A stretch of DNA of 64,000 bases, taken from assembly GCF_009914755.1 (NCBI RefSeq), contig NC_060931.1; one strand, given 5' to 3'. The DNA is from the human T2T-CHM13v2.0 reference genome, Homo sapiens. The notes under the pieces were generated by a model. The model did not search any database, had not been told where the DNA came from, and saw only the letters and a list, made by a program, of their open reading frames with translations. The translations under genes and the position numbers were made by a program. The stretch's first letter is position 1; each line of letters begins with the position of its first letter. This document shows positions 20,171 through 33,880 of the stretch, piece by piece.

Positions 20171-20278
20171 TGGTCCATCTCTAGCCCTTGTTTTATTGAG
20201 AGACAATGGCTTGCAATACTGGAAACAATTACTGGGACCAAGAACTGTTGAAGAAGCCATTGAATATTTTCCAGAGAG
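20171..20278 (+). CDS. NME8: NME8 coding exon (probably exon 14)
   Basis: AATAG|T acceptor, AG|GTAGGA donor. 108 nt, phase 2-2. Translates GPSLALVLLRDNGLQYWKQLLGPRTVEEAIEYFPE. Confidence 0.95.
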
Positions 20279-22675
20279 GTAGGATTCATACCATGGGTCA
20301 CTATCTGTTTTCGTGGGCTCCATTTTAAACACCTTTTTAGATGTAGAGTATTGGAACCACAGCTCTAGTCCAAGGGAGCTTCTCAGGAAAGCTACCTTTC
20401 CTGGGGACGGAGTGGACTGCTTATGACTGGAGGTCCAACCCAGTGACAGCCTGAGGATGGCCAAAGATTTTCAAGAAACCACTGTGAGGTGCTAGGCTTG
20501 GGGCTGGGAGCTAAGAGGTGTATATTTCAGTCAACAGGTCATCTCTTGGGAGAAATATCCACCCTACCCGCTATTTAGGAGAAATTCCTTTGAGAAGGTT
20601 ATGGTGGCAGCTGTAGCTTCTTTAACTGATCATGAGTTTTAAGACAATGATGACTAATTGAATATGTACTCTACAATTCAGGGGGAACATTTATTGACTT
20701 AGCTTACTGATTAATCTTAGAAGTCAGCTAAACTTTGTAATCAACTTGACCCCTGGCATATTACCTGGCACATAGGGGGAACTCTTTCAATATTTTCTGA
20801 GCTTACCTGCTAGGCTTAGTATCATCTGCAGGATAGAAATAGTATCTCACGCATCTCCATATTTGGCATGAAGCTGATGGAAACAAATTGAATTTCAATT
20901 CCCTTGAATTCTTCTTGCTGATTTTAGGGTAGGATTCAATTCAAAGGAAGAAAGGACACCCCTCATACTCCCTTCAGGTGTGCAAGAATATAGATGCTCT
21001 TTAAGGTACTGCAAACATGACATACATGTTGACACAATAAATAACAATAGTTATGAAGCCTCACTTACATGAAAGCTGAAGTGCTTTCTTTTGGGTGGGA
21101 TACACTTAAATCTGACTTGTGTTGCATTAACATGTATTGCCCCTTAGTTAGCCCTACTCAATTATGTCTTTGCTTATGTGCCAATGACTGTGAAGGATAA
21201 TAAGCATAGAACCTCTGCAAGTGGTGTGAGCAGAGTGCCATGGAATCATTTAATAAAATGTGGCATAGAGTGCAATGCATGCTACCAGAGAGAGGGATTG
21301 CTATCAACACAAGGCCTGTGCCAGTAGGCACACTGGTCTAGACACTGTGGCACCAAGTGTGGAGGCTCTCAGTTACTGCCCCATCTCCACCCCACTATCA
21401 TACTGAAAATTGCCCCATGTTCACAATTAATCTTAATCTTTATTTCTAATTGATCCCCACTTTTCCACTTTCCTTGGCTCCACCCACCACTTACGGTTGC
21501 TTTAGGAATAACTCTTTAAATGGAACTTCACCCCTTTCCTGTGCCTGAATATCAGATTCTATGCTGGCATTGTTTTACCCAAAATATGATAATTTGCATA
21601 GAAGAGAAGCACAGCAACCCCTCGTTGTTACCTGTTACTCCCTCTATCCCACAATTCCTCCCCGGACATTTTCCAATAATCATGTTTAACAGCATAACAG
21701 GGGTTGGGAGAATGCTCTGCATTGAGTAGAGTAAGTGCTCAGGATGACTCAGGCTGTTTCATTCAATCATTGTCCAAATCCCTAACCCCTGGCAATCACA
21801 GAGTCCAAGGGACTAGGGCTGAAGGTATCTCCAAATTAGAGGTGTGGGAACAGCCAAGGGCAGAATGGAAAGGTCAAGGTGATAAGGCAAAAAAAAAACA
21901 AAAACAAACAAACAAAACCCTGAATGAGTCATTGAGACTAGAGAGAAAAGAAGAGGATCTGGAAGCTGGGGACAGAAAACCAAGTTTCCAGTGATGTGGA
22001 GAATCCACATCAGTGTTAGCAGGAAGGAACATTATTCACCACAGCTGGAATTTGTTGGGTTGATTGCCCTGGACTGTTTAAAGGGAAAAAAGTGAAATGA
22101 GCAGTGAGCATTATTTGCTACTGAAATATGCATAGATAGATAGAAAAACAGATAAAAAGGACAACTGAAAAAATACCAAAGAGCAACAACTGATTCAAGA
22201 GATGCATGCTTATTTATAGGAAAGAAAGCATAACAATAAACTGTCTAATGTGGATGGTCTGGTATTATCAGCATCACTCCTGCCTCTTCCCACAAAGCTG
22301 TCCTGTCTACTTCTCTTTTATTGCTGTTGTTGCTCACCTGGAGGTTTCCCTTCAGTATCTTCTGGATTTAATGTTTATAATTTTATATCTTTGGTCTAGA
22401 GTCAAATGCCATGTAATGCTTGATAATGTGAAGCATTATCACATGGTGAAAGCCACAGAAGAAAATTTATTTAGAGTTCAATACACACACCATATATTTC
22501 AAAGGCATCATCTGATTGCATCTGCAAAATCACCTTCTGAAACAGGTTTTATTGTTGTATTTATATTTGAGACAACTAAAGCACAAAGAAGTTAAGCAGC
22601 TCCCTAATATCACACAGCTAGCAAGTAGTGCAACAAGGATTCTACCCTCTGAGCTTTTTCACTGCACAGGGCATC

Positions 22676-23042
22676 TATATCAGTCTGTTCTCATGCTGCT
22701 ATGAAGAAATATCCGAGACTGGGTAATTTATAAAGAAAAGAGGTTTAATTGGCTCACAGTTCCGCATGGCTGGGGAAGCCTCAGGAAACTTATAATCATG
22801 GCAGAAGGTACCTCTTCACAGGGTGGCAGGAGAGAGAATGAGTGCCAGCAGGGCTTGTAATACCAGGTGCTTGTAAAACCATCAGATCTTCTGAGAACTC
22901 ACTCACTAGCACAAGAACAGCATGGGAGAAACTGCCCCCATGATTCAGTTAGCTCCCACTAGGTCCTGCCCATGATTTGTGGGGATTTTGGGGATTACAA
23001 TTCAATATGAGAATTGGGTGGGAACAAAGCCAAACCATATCA
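22676..23042 (-). mobile_element. THE1-type MaLR solo LTR
   Basis: TATATCAGTCTGTTCTCATGCTGCTATGAAG...CCAAACCATATCA, with 5-bp TSD GCATC / GCATT. Confidence 0.9.
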
Positions 23043-23302
23043 GCATTCATTCCTCTTTCATAGTTATCTGTTAATATTCATCGCCTTGATGATTTAAATG
23101 ATCACATCCTTTCTTCCTAATGACCGTTATCCTTGAAAAGAAGTAGCATGCCCTAAGCCGCCATGTACTTACTTCCTTTTGCACAGTGTCAAGATCTGGA
23201 ATTATTTGCTGTTATTTGATAACTTTTGAACAACTTATAGAAATTGTGTTATATTATTCTGTTCTGTTCTAATAGCTTTTAAACCTGACTTCTTTTTCAA
23301 AG

Positions 23303-23454
23303 TTTATGTGCACAGTTTGCGATGGACAGTTTGCCGGTCAACCAGTTGTATGGCAGCGATTCATTAGAAACCGCTGAAAGGGAAATACAGCATTTCTTTC
23401 CTCTTCAAAGCACTTTAGGCTTGATTAAACCTCATGCAACAAGTGAACAAAGAG
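23303..23454 (+). CDS. NME8: NME8 coding exon (probably exon 15): end of NDK2, start of NDK3
   Basis: CAAAG|T acceptor, G|GTAAAT donor. 152 nt, phase 2-1. Translates LCAQFAMDSLPVNQLYGSDSLETAEREIQHFFPLQSTLGLIKPHATSEQR. Confidence 0.95.
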
Positions 23455-23679
23455 GTAAATATTTAAGAATAAAAGTGAATGTATACATTTTCTCCAAATT
23501 TTGTGAACATTTAAAAAATTTACAATCAGAAAAGCAAAACAGGAAACAGAAAATTCCAAAAAAGAAAAGTTGCGATGAGTACTCCTATCCTTCATTTAGA
23601 TTCAACAATTAACTTTGTCATACTTTGTCTTGCTATCTCTCTCACCTCTCCCTCCCTCATCCTTCTCTGTCTTTCTCTT

Positions 23680-26440
23680 AATCAGAAATGATATTGAATT
23701 TTGCTGAAGTCTTTTTCAGAATTTATGAAAATGATGAGTTGTTTTTTCCATGGATATATTAGTACGGAATATCATGTTAATGATATTTCAAATATTGAAT
23801 TATATCCTTCCATTCCTATTTACATGTTGCTTAGTTATGATGCATTTTTAGATACGCTATTGGATACTATTTGCTTATATTTTACTTGGTTTTTTTTTTC
23901 GTATTGAGACTTAAAAGTGAGATTGATCTCTGCTTTCCATTTTTTTGGTTTGATATCTATCAGGTTTAGAAATCAATGGAATACTTCATAAGGAATGTGA
24001 ATATATTTTTCAGTGCTCCAAAAGAGTGTAAGCAGCACTGAGATTGGTATTTGGAGGTTTGGTAAAATTTTCCTGTGAAAATATCTGGGCCTGTTGTTTT
24101 TTTGTGGGATAATTATTTGATTGCTTTCTCTGTTTCTTTTATGGAAATTGCTCTATTAAAGTTTTCTATCACCCTTTGAGTAAATATAGTTAAATTATAT
24201 TTTCCTAGGAAGTTATCTATTCCAGCTATGTAATTTGTAAAGTAATTTCTTATCATTATTATATTTCCTCCATTTCAGTGATTATTTCTACTTTACCATT
24301 TCTTATTTCATTCTCTTTCAAACAATAAAAATTTAATTTATTCATGAGTTCTATTTTTTTCTCTTTTCTAACTACTATTTTTGGTTTTATCTTCATGATT
24401 TTCTTTCTTCTATTTTCTAGTAGTTTTTTCTTATGTTCTTCTAGCTTTTTGAGTTGAATATTAAGTTTATTTATTTTCAACTTTTAATTTTTATTGATAA
24501 GAATTTTTAAGGTTATACATTTTCCTTTGATTACTGCTTTAATTATAGCCCACAGGTTCTAATGCATCGTGTTTTCATTATCATTATTGATTATTGATAA
24601 TTAATTATTGAAATTTTGTAATTTTGGTTTGTATTTTCCCTTGGGCCTTTGAGTTATTCAACAAATAAATTATTTTTAAAGAGATTTTTTAAAATTCTGG
24701 TAGAAGAAAAACTTGCATTTTTTTGAAATTATCGTGGTGTTGCCGAACTACCATATGGCAAACTTTTGTGAAGATTCTACATGTATGAGGAGAAAAAATA
24801 TTATCACTAGTGTCATGGTGAAAAGTTTGAATATAAGATAAAACCAGCCTTACAGTTTGATTCATCTTGATTTATTTTTCCCCAACTTGATCTGTCTTGA
24901 ATTTGGGGGATCTGTCAGAAACTAGAGGTATGAGTCACCTGTTTTCAGTATATTGTTGGCTATATTTCCTGTATTTTCTGATTTATAATGTTGGTGGCCA
25001 TGTTATTTGGTACATAGATATTTAAAACTATTCATGGTAAATTTAGTTTTTAGCATTACACAAAGTTCTTATTTGTCTCATTTAATGCCTTGGGGCCTGA
25101 ATTCTGTATTGTTTGCTATCAGGACCACACACCCTGCTTTCTTATTATTTGCATTTGCCTTGTACATTTTTGCCCATTTATTTATTTTTAGCCTTTTTGA
25201 ATCACTTTTTTTAGGCTTGTCTCACACATAAAATCCATAAAGGCAGATTTGTATTCATGGCTTTCTCTCAAAATATATGTTAAACAGCCAAATTCACTGT
25301 AATAAAACAGTACACAACTCACGTATTTTTAATTTTTTAAATTGAAACATAATTGTCCATATTCATGGGGTACATTATGATGTTTTGATACATGTACACA
25401 TTATGTAATAATCAAATCAGGGTATATAGCATACCCATTACTTCATAACTTTATCATTTCTTTGTGGTGAGAACATTCAAAGTCTCCTCTTCTACCTATT
25501 TTGAAATATACAATGCGATATTATTAACTATAGTTACCCTACTATGCATTAGAACACCAGAGGTTATACCCATAGACTTATCTCTCCCTATTTCTCCCTG
25601 CCCCATAGCCTCCCCACCTCTAGTGAGCACCATTCTGCTCTCTACTTCTAGGAGATCAACTTCTTTAGGTTCCACATATGAGTGAGATCATGCAGTATTT
25701 TGTCTTTTCTGTGCCTGACTTATTTCACTTAAGATAATGTCCTCTAGGTTCTTCTATGTTGCCACAAATGACAGGATTTCATTACTTTTTATAGCTAAAT
25801 AATATTCCATTATGTATATGCATCACACTTTCATTATCCATTCATCCATCAATTTTTGTTGATAATAAATAGGTTGATTTTATTTAGGTTGATTCCAAAT
25901 CTTGGCTGTTGTGGATAATGCTGCAATAAACATGTGAGTACAGATATTTCTTCAATGTACTGATTTTATTTCCTTTGGATATATACCCATAGTGGGATTG
26001 CTGGATCATATATGGTAGTTCTATTTTTAATTTTTTAAGAGCTGTTGAGCCTTTTTTCATGTATCTGTTGGTCATTGTATGTTCAATAGATATCTTCTGA
26101 GAAATGTCCATTCAGGTTTTTACCCATTTTTAAACCAGAATCCTTTTTTGGGGTTTTTGTTTGTTTGCTATTGAGTTTAGTTCCTTATATATGCTGTATA
26201 TTAACCTTTTGTCAGATGCATAGCTTGAAAATATTTTCTTGAATTCTGTAGGTTGTCTCTTCACTCTTGATTTTTTTCTTCACTATGCAGAATTTAGTTT
26301 GATATAATCCCATTTGTCTGGTTTTGCTTTTGTTGCCTGTGCTTTTGAGGTCTTACCAAAAAAAATCACTGCCGAGACCAATGCTATGAAGCATTTCACC
26401 TATATTTTCTTCTAGTAGTTTTGTTGTTTCAGGTCTTACA
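23680..26440 (-). mobile_element. Old L1 fragments, including an L1MA-type 3' end (about 25330-26440)
   Basis: Minus-strand ORF KINKLNIQLKKLEE resembles L1 ORF2. L1 3' UTR motif TTCCACATATGAGTGAGATCATGCAGTATTT is present. Confidence 0.8.
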
Positions 26441-26654
26441 GGAAAAAAATTTAGTAGATGAGATAAACTCACATAATATGTTTATTTTATGTTAATAATA
26501 TGTTTAGTTTAAAACATCTTATTATTTTAAGTTATATTTACTTTACATGTTATTTTTCATTTACTGTTGTTCTTCTCTGTGTGGTCTTTTACATTTTCTT
26601 TTGTGTTTGAGAAATTTATTTGTTCTGTAAGCCATTTTTATTGCAATATCTATC

Positions 26655-26843
26655 AGAGTTGTCCAAGGGAAAGAATATAGTCATGGGTTCTTAGTTTCTG
26701 TTTCTGATTGGGCCAGTAAAGCCCCTTCCTCATCCTTCTTTTCTGCTTATCACTAGAGACAGAAACTAAAAACCATGGTTTTGGGCTGCTAAAAGCCTAA
26801 AACAAAACACAACAACAAAAAAAGTTGGGATGGATAGGCTTGA
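26655..26843. mobile_element. MER30B-like hAT MITE
   Basis: Starts GAGTTGTCCAA. Internal inverted repeat CATGGGTTCTTAGTTTCTGTTTCT / AGAGACAGAAACTAAAAACCATG. Confidence 0.65.
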
Positions 26844-29490
26844 AAGTTCACTCTTCTTGACTGAGTGCCTATTATTTGTTTTCTCTGCTTTAAATGATAT
26901 CCTATTACCTTTGTGACAGTTAGGTACTTAATCTACTTTCTTATTTCTTGAGCTATTCTCCTATTTTTTGAACTTGTGTTAAATGTTAAATGTACTTTGT
27001 CAGAAAATATATTATTTACATATATGCTGGATAGAAATAATCCTAGGCTCACATTTTTTTTCTTGGAGTTTCTTGACAGAGTATCTCTATTCTTGTTTCC
27101 TGCATTTCTTTCAAGAAACCTGGTGCCATATTTACTTTTGTTTCATTGTAAGTAATATGGTGTTTTGCCAGAAGAAAGTGTTAATTTTTGTTTGTTTCTC
27201 AAGTCTAGTAGTTTTACTAACATATGTCTGAGATTTGACCACTCTTGATTTCTTTTTCTAGATACATGTTATTCTTTTTCACTGTCTAGATTCTTATCTT
27301 CTCTTATTTCAAGATGGTTTTCCTGCCTTATAGTTTTAAATATTAGTTCTGTTCCATTGTTCTTTTTTTTTTCTTAGGGATTTCACCAGCTGGAACTAAC
27401 AGGGGATTCTTTTGAAGTTTCTGAGTATTTAGATTGACTTACTCAATTTTTAGTTAAAAATATTCTCTTTTGGTATGATGAAGTCAAATTTCTTAAATAC
27501 ATATAGTAATATATATTATTTAATTATATACACAGATATGTACACACACACACCTACATACACACACGTGTAGACATGCTTATCTTTGCCTAACTTCTGT
27601 ATCTATCACTTTCCCTATTGACTTCTCTTTCTTTATTTTGCTTTCCTTTACTTGGCTATTTTTACTTCTGTTCTCTATGTCCTTCTCTGTATTTTAAGTT
27701 ACATTAGACACCTAGTTTATTTCTGTTATTTTATCTTTGTCTTTCGTGAGTGCAGCTTTTATTTCACATCTACTTATTGCTTGGCCATTTCTGGTTTTGA
27801 GTTTGAAGTTCTGATTTATGATTTATGATTTTTTTAATGTTCAAACTGCTTAATTCACATTAGGGTGTCGTGTTACAGTTTGGGGGGGTATTTGTCATCC
27901 TTCTGCTGGCTTGCTTTCTTCCTACCTCCCTTCCTCTTTCTCTTTCTTTTATTTATTTCTTTAACAGGGGAATAAATTTTTTAATTAGCATAGTAATTTT
28001 AATTTTATTTTTATAATGGCTCAGTAAAGATTAATAAGGGTTTGGGTTAGCTCATTTCATTTCTCAGCTCAGATTTTCTCTTGGTTTTGTATTAATATAA
28101 TTAGGTAGTTTCTTAATAGGTAGGGCCTTTGCAGGGGGTGAATCTGTCTCACTACCTACAGTACTCTCTGTTTGTCTTGAACGTTAACCTGAGCCACTTG
28201 CTGTCTTTATCTAAGAACTGTAAGAGACTTTTCTTTTCCAAGGTGGCTCGTTTTACCAGGAAGTATTGATTTTCCAAAAACTGCATTAGTCTTCAAATAC
28301 CTTGCTTGCAGTGCCACAATCACCCACTCCTACCCTAATTCATTCTTCATGGTGCAAAGGAAATTATCGTTTTAGAGCACAGATCTGAATATGTTCTTGC
28401 TTAGAATGCTTTAAATGTTCCTTGTTGTTTTTAGAGGAAAGTCCAGATTTCTTCACAGGGCATAGCTCTTGATAATCCTTCGTCTACTTACTTGGCCAAC
28501 TTCATCTCCAGTATATTTTCACCCAGTCACTTCTTCCTGCCCTCTGCACTTGGCATACATTACTCACTCTGCCTGAAATGTCCTTTCCCTACTTGTCCAC
28601 TTGGTGATCACACCTTATTTTTACCATGCTTAACACAAAGGTCAGTGTCTCTGTGAAGTCATCCCTGACCTCTCCAGAGAAAGTTAATTGTTTTCTCACC
28701 TGTGGTTCTGGGGACCTTATATATTACTCTATAATAATGATCACTTTCTCATGATATCTTTATAGGCCTTGCTCTCTGTTGAGACAGTCTCTGAGGAAAG
28801 GTTTATGTTTTCTTCCCTTTCATTTCTGCAGTGCCTGTCTTAGGGCAGATCCTGGCCACCTCCCTTCCAGCAGGAGAGGTCCAGCCTTCTCCAGGCTGTC
28901 TGTTGGTTATAATCATATTGCCTTTAGCTCCCAGACCACTCTATGTGCTTTTGATCTGGAGCAAAGAAGAGGCCGTTTTACCAGAAAGCTCCCAGTTTCT
29001 CAGTTGGTTCACCTTTGTCTCTAGAATGTAGCCCTCAAAACTTAGGCTGTTGGTGAGATTTTCACAACATTTGCTTTGTTTAATTCCCTCGATGGTACTC
29101 TGATTCTTCAGGGAGAAGAGTTCAGATTGGCTTTATCCTTCAATCCATATCTAGCAAGAAATTCCTTGGCATTTGTAGTATGAAGGTGAAAATAGATCTT
29201 TATTCTTAGCATGAGAGCAGGTCCCTTCCCCTTCTACTCTTGTGGCCTACTAGGTGTTTCAGGTGGTTTCTGGAAAGGTGAGCCTCAGAGACTGAAAATC
29301 TACATTAACATACTGAAGTTCTGAATGTCAATTTGGTGCTTTGGAATTTTAATTTCGTTTGGCAGAGTTTTGCCATGTTAAACCACAATATGCAAATTAA
29401 ACTATCATTTTCCTTAGTTATTTCAGTCTACTTGAGTATGGAGGAAAAGTGAAGCAATCTGCAATATTATCAAATATTTGTTTTTCTTAG

Positions 29491-29635
29491 AGCAGATCCT
29501 GAAGATAGTTAAGGAGGCTGGATTTGATCTGACACAGGTGAAGAAAATGTTCCTAACTCCTGAGCAAATAGAGAAAATTTATCCAAAAGTAACAGGAAAA
29601 GACTTTTATAAAGATTTATTGGAAATGTTATCTGT
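29491..29635 (+). CDS. NME8: NME8 coding exon (probably exon 16), NDK domain 3
   Basis: CTTAG|AG acceptor, GT|GTAAGT donor. 145 nt, phase 1-2. Translates (E)QILKIVKEAGFDLTQVKKMFLTPEQIEKIYPKVTGKDFYKDLLEMLS(V). Confidence 0.95.
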
Positions 29636-29774
29636 GTAAGTTTCTGATACATAATTGTTTGCATTATAAAAGTGGTAAATGTTCATTATAGAAACTTTGA
29701 AAAATGCAAAAATTAATTAAAACATTTCATCTAATCTCATTCATGAAAAGACATTCTGCTAACATTCATGGTTC

Positions 29775-29956
29775 ATCTTTTTTCTATTTCCTTACCTCCC
29801 TCCCTATCTTCTTTTCTCTCTCTCCTTCTGTCTCTCCTCGCTCCCTTTCTTTCATTCTTTCTTCCTTCCTACTTTCCTTTCTCCCTTTCCTTCCCTTCCC
29901 TTCCCTTTCCTTTCCTTTCTTTTCCTTTCCTTTCCTTCCTTCCTTCCTGTTTCTCT
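29775..29956. repeat. CT-rich low-complexity / (CCTTT)n tract
   Basis: Nearly pure pyrimidine run. Confidence 0.9.
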
Positions 29957-30662
29957 AGGTCTTCACATTAGATATAGAGGCTGCCTCAGTTCAAACCGCT
30001 GCTTTGCCAACATACTTAATTGTTGCCTGAGTTTCCTTATCTGTTGAATGGGAATAATAATAGTATCTATCTAATAGGCTTGTTGGCAGGGCTACGTAAT
30101 TGATGTGTTGAAAGTACCTAGAACAGTGCATGACAGATATTAAACACTTGATAAATGTTAGCTATGATTATTCACATCTTTTTTTACATGTGTTGATACC
30201 TTGTCAAACTATGTATACATAATAACATAAATATTACGATAAGAAATACACTCTTTTAAAACTTCTTTCTACATGATGCATCTGTTCCTGACAACACATA
30301 CTTTTATAACCACCACATAGAAATTACAGGCTAACATTTATTGTTTCCTTAATTCCAGGCCTTGTGATGAGCTGTACACACTTTATTTCAGTTGACTCTT
30401 ATAATAATAACTCTGTGAAGTAGTTTTACTAGAATTTCCACTTTGATTTTGAGAGAACATAGGACCAGGGCTAGAAGTTGTCCGCAGTCACAAAACTAGT
30501 GTTTCGCTGGGTCCTGAACCCAGGGAGTATCTGCTTTTAACTGCTGCTTTCCAAAACTCTCTTTTACACAGAGTTCATAATTATGTGAACATCATTATCG
30601 ATTTACTATGAGTTACATGTCTTTTCTATTTTATATATATTACACATCAAAAATTTTCTATA

Positions 30663-31036
30663 CAGTCATGCTTTGCAGTACAATATTTCAGTCAATAATG
30701 AATCACATGTACAGCAGTAGTCCCATAAGAGCTGAAAAATTCCTATTGCCTTAGTGACATCGTGATCATTGTAATGCAATGCATTACCATTTGTGTTCAT
30801 ATATGTTTAGATACACAAATAACACTGTATTACAGTTGTCTACAGTATTCAGTATAGTAACATGCTATACAGGTTTATAGCCCAGGAGCTATAGGCTGAA
30901 CCAGATAGCCTAGGTGTGTAAGAGGCTATTCTATCTAGGTTTCTGTAAGTATATTCTAGGATGTTTGCACTACAATGAAGTAACCTAATGTCACATTTCT
31001 CAGAAAGTATCTGCATTATTAAGAGGTACATGACTG
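30663..31036. mobile_element. Tigger3a/MER7-like TcMar MITE
   Basis: Terminal inverted repeats CAGTCATG ... CATGACTG flanked by TA duplications. Confidence 0.85.
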
Positions 31037-31886
31037 TACATACACACACACATGCACACACACACACGTGTGTATAAAATACGTATAAGAAACCTCTTTA
31101 ATTGCATATCTTCTCTTTTTTCAGTTCCTGACAATTTGTCAAGGAGTTTAGGAAGGCAGAATTTATAAAGTTAACAAAATTTAATGGAATATATGTGCTA
31201 TTTAGATATAAATAATAAGCAGAAGCCTAGGACTGTACCATGACAGCTTAGAAAACTAACTTTCATACTTATTGCAGGTTGCATTTTCTGGGAAGCTGGA
31301 AGTTTCTTGTTCAGGCTATTGAGTAATGATGCCATGAGGAAGACAGGGCAAAGAAGCAGGATGGGGATGACGGCAAGTCAAGATGTAGTGCAGACCAGAA
31401 ACAACAGCCTCTGCTAACCACAGCTAGATTGGTCTATCAGAGTTGTCCAGTATTGGCTGAGATGACCAGGCTGTTGTATGCTCACATCACTCAGTTACTT
31501 GAAGTAGGCCATCCTGGCAATGAGGATGGCCTGAGCAAGGCTATCTTAACTTGAGGCAATCCCTGAAGCGGTTAGAGGCTGCTGGACAACCATAAAGCAA
31601 CAAGTCTTGAATCCATGACAATGTCTCTATTTACAGACCTCAAAGTAGCAAAATAATAAGACTTCATTGACAAATATTCTCTAGAATTAAATTATAGCAC
31701 TCATCTAGCATATAAACCTATTAGAAGAGGGAGAAATGAAAAAAAGAAAGTACATGATTGCACTGATAAGGACAAAGAATAAAAAGGAGCTCCCTGGCCC
31801 AGGCTGCAGTGTTCTGTCTTTAGCCTTGTTTGCAGTGTCAACAGTTTTCAGTAGGCTGGGTCTTCTGAAAGCACCGTTCTTTGCAG

Positions 31887-32109
31887 GGGTCCATCTATGG
31901 TCATGATTCTGACCAAGTGGAATGCTGTTGCAGAATGGAGACGACTGATGGGCCCAACAGACCCAGAAGAAGCAAAATTACTTTCCCCTGACTCCATCCG
32001 AGCCCAGTTTGGAATAAGTAAATTGAAAAACATTGTCCATGGAGCATCTAACGCCTATGAAGCAAAAGAGGTTGTTAATAGACTCTTTGAGGATCCTGAG
32101 GAAAACTAA
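31887..32109 (+). CDS. NME8: NME8 last coding exon (probably exon 17) with stop TAA; exon continues to a donor at 32124
   Basis: TTGCAG|G acceptor. Translates GPSMVMILTKWNAVAEWRRLMGPTDPEEAK...KNIVHGASNAYEAKEVVNRLFEDPEEN*. Donor GAA|GTACGT. Confidence 0.95.
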
Positions 32110-32517
32110 AGTATATACTGTGAAGTACGTACCTGTTTAATTATTATTTTATTTTATTTGCTTGTTGCAGTGACTGAGGCTAGGACAAACCTGTCCTAAA
32201 AAGAGAAGAACTTTTCCTAAATTCCTGAATCAAGCTTTATTTCCTGTGAGACACACTGTTCTATTGCATAGTAGCCACACAGCCTCAAAGCTGAACCTTG
32301 TAGATGCTGATGACCGTGGGGATTCTGGTTGCTTGTAACCAGGCTGGGGATGCTGCATCCAGGCTGGAGGGATGGAGACAACAGGGCAAGCAACGCACCC
32401 ATTGGTTCACACAGCTTGGTCTTGAGCTGTGGTGTCTTCTACCATGACATAAAAAGCCTCATGCAGTCCCTCTACTCAGCTCCTTTCCACTTCTCTGCTT
32501 TGAATGGCCAAAGTTTC

Positions 32518-33205
32518 TTTCTTTTTATCTTTATTTGTTCTAAACAAAAACAAAACAAAACAAACCAAACCAAAACAAAAAATAGGATACATGCGCAGAA
32601 CGTGCAGGTTTGTTGCATAGGTATATGTGTGCCATGGTGGTTTACTGCACCTATTGACCTGTCCTTTAGGATCCTTCCCCTCACCCCCCACCCCCCAACA
32701 GGCCCTGATGTACGTTGTTCCCCTCTCTGTGTCCATGTGTTCTCAATGTTCGACTCCCACTTATGAGTGAGAACATGTAATGTTTGGTTTTCTGTTCTGG
32801 TGTTAGTTTGCTGAAGATGGTGACTTCCAGTTTCATCTATGTCCCTGCAAAGGACATGATCCTTTTGATGGCTGCGTAGTATTCCATGTACCACATTTTC
32901 TTTATCCAGTCTATCGCTGATGGGCATTTGGGTTGGTGCCATGTCTTTGCTATTGTAAATATTGCTGCAATAAACATATGTGTGCATGTGTCTTTATAGT
33001 AGAATGATTTATATTCCTTTGGGTATAAACCTAGTAATGAAATTACTGGATCAAATGGTATCTCTGGTTCTAGATCCTTGAGGAATCACCATACTGTCTT
33101 CCACAATGATTGAACTAATTTACATTCCTACCAACAGTGTAAAAGTGTTACTATTTCTCCACAGCCTCACCAGCATCTATTATTCCTGACATTTTAGTAA
33201 TTGCC
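32518..33205 (-). mobile_element. 5'-truncated primate L1 (L1PA/PB) 3' end, antisense
   Basis: L1 3' UTR motifs. Perfect 17-bp TSD TGAATGGCCAAAGTTTC at 32501-32517 and 33206-33222. Confidence 0.92.
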
Positions 33206-33259
33206 TGAATGGCCAAAGTTTCAGTGTACAGTGTACAATGATTGTACAGTGTACAGTGA

Positions 33260-33880
33260 TTGAAAAACCCACAGTCACCTTGGGCTGGTGGGAATATAAA
33301 ATGGTGCATCTTCTGGATAATCATTTGGCAGTTTCTTAAAAGGTTAAACATAGAATCATTATTTAACCCATCAGTTCTATTCCTAGGTGTATTCCCAAAA
33401 GAACTGAAAACAGGGACTCAAACATATACTTGTACAGTAATGTTTATAGAAAAATGATTCACAATAGCCAAAAGGAAGAAACTACCCAAGTGTCCATTAA
33501 CAAAACAATGAATAAAGTGTGGTATAAAGATACAACGGAATATTATTTAGCCATTCAAAGGAATAAAGTATTGATGCATACTGCAACATGGATGAATCTC
33601 AAAAAAATTTTGCTAAATGAAATGTTAGACACAGAAGAACACATATTGTATGTTACCACTTATATGAGTTACCTAGAACAAGCAATTATAGAGAGAAAAA
33701 GTAAATTATAGCTTGGGGCTGAAGGAAGGGTGAAATTGTAAGTTATTCCTTAATGGGTGCAGAGTTTTCCTTTAAGTTGACAAAATATTTTGGAAATTGT
33801 TTGTGGTGATAATTGCAAACCATGCAAATGTCATTAATAACATTGATTTGTATACTCAAATGGTTGCAATGGCAAATTTA
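33260..33880 (+). mobile_element. Old L1M 3' fragment
   Basis: GCTGGTGGGAATATAAAATGGTGCA...CAACATGGATGAATCTC. Confidence 0.75.

Noticed and set aside
26682-26778. Hairpin resembling a pre-miRNA
   Set aside because: Explained by the internal inverted repeat of a MER30B-like MITE.
32329-32987. 145-aa and 171-aa ORFs
   Set aside because: They lie largely within the TSD-bounded L1 3' end and are transposon-derived translation.
33222-33262. Short TGTACAG-based repeat resembling a repeat-spacer array
   Set aside because: A simple ~18-bp duplication beside an L1 TSD, with no unique spacers.
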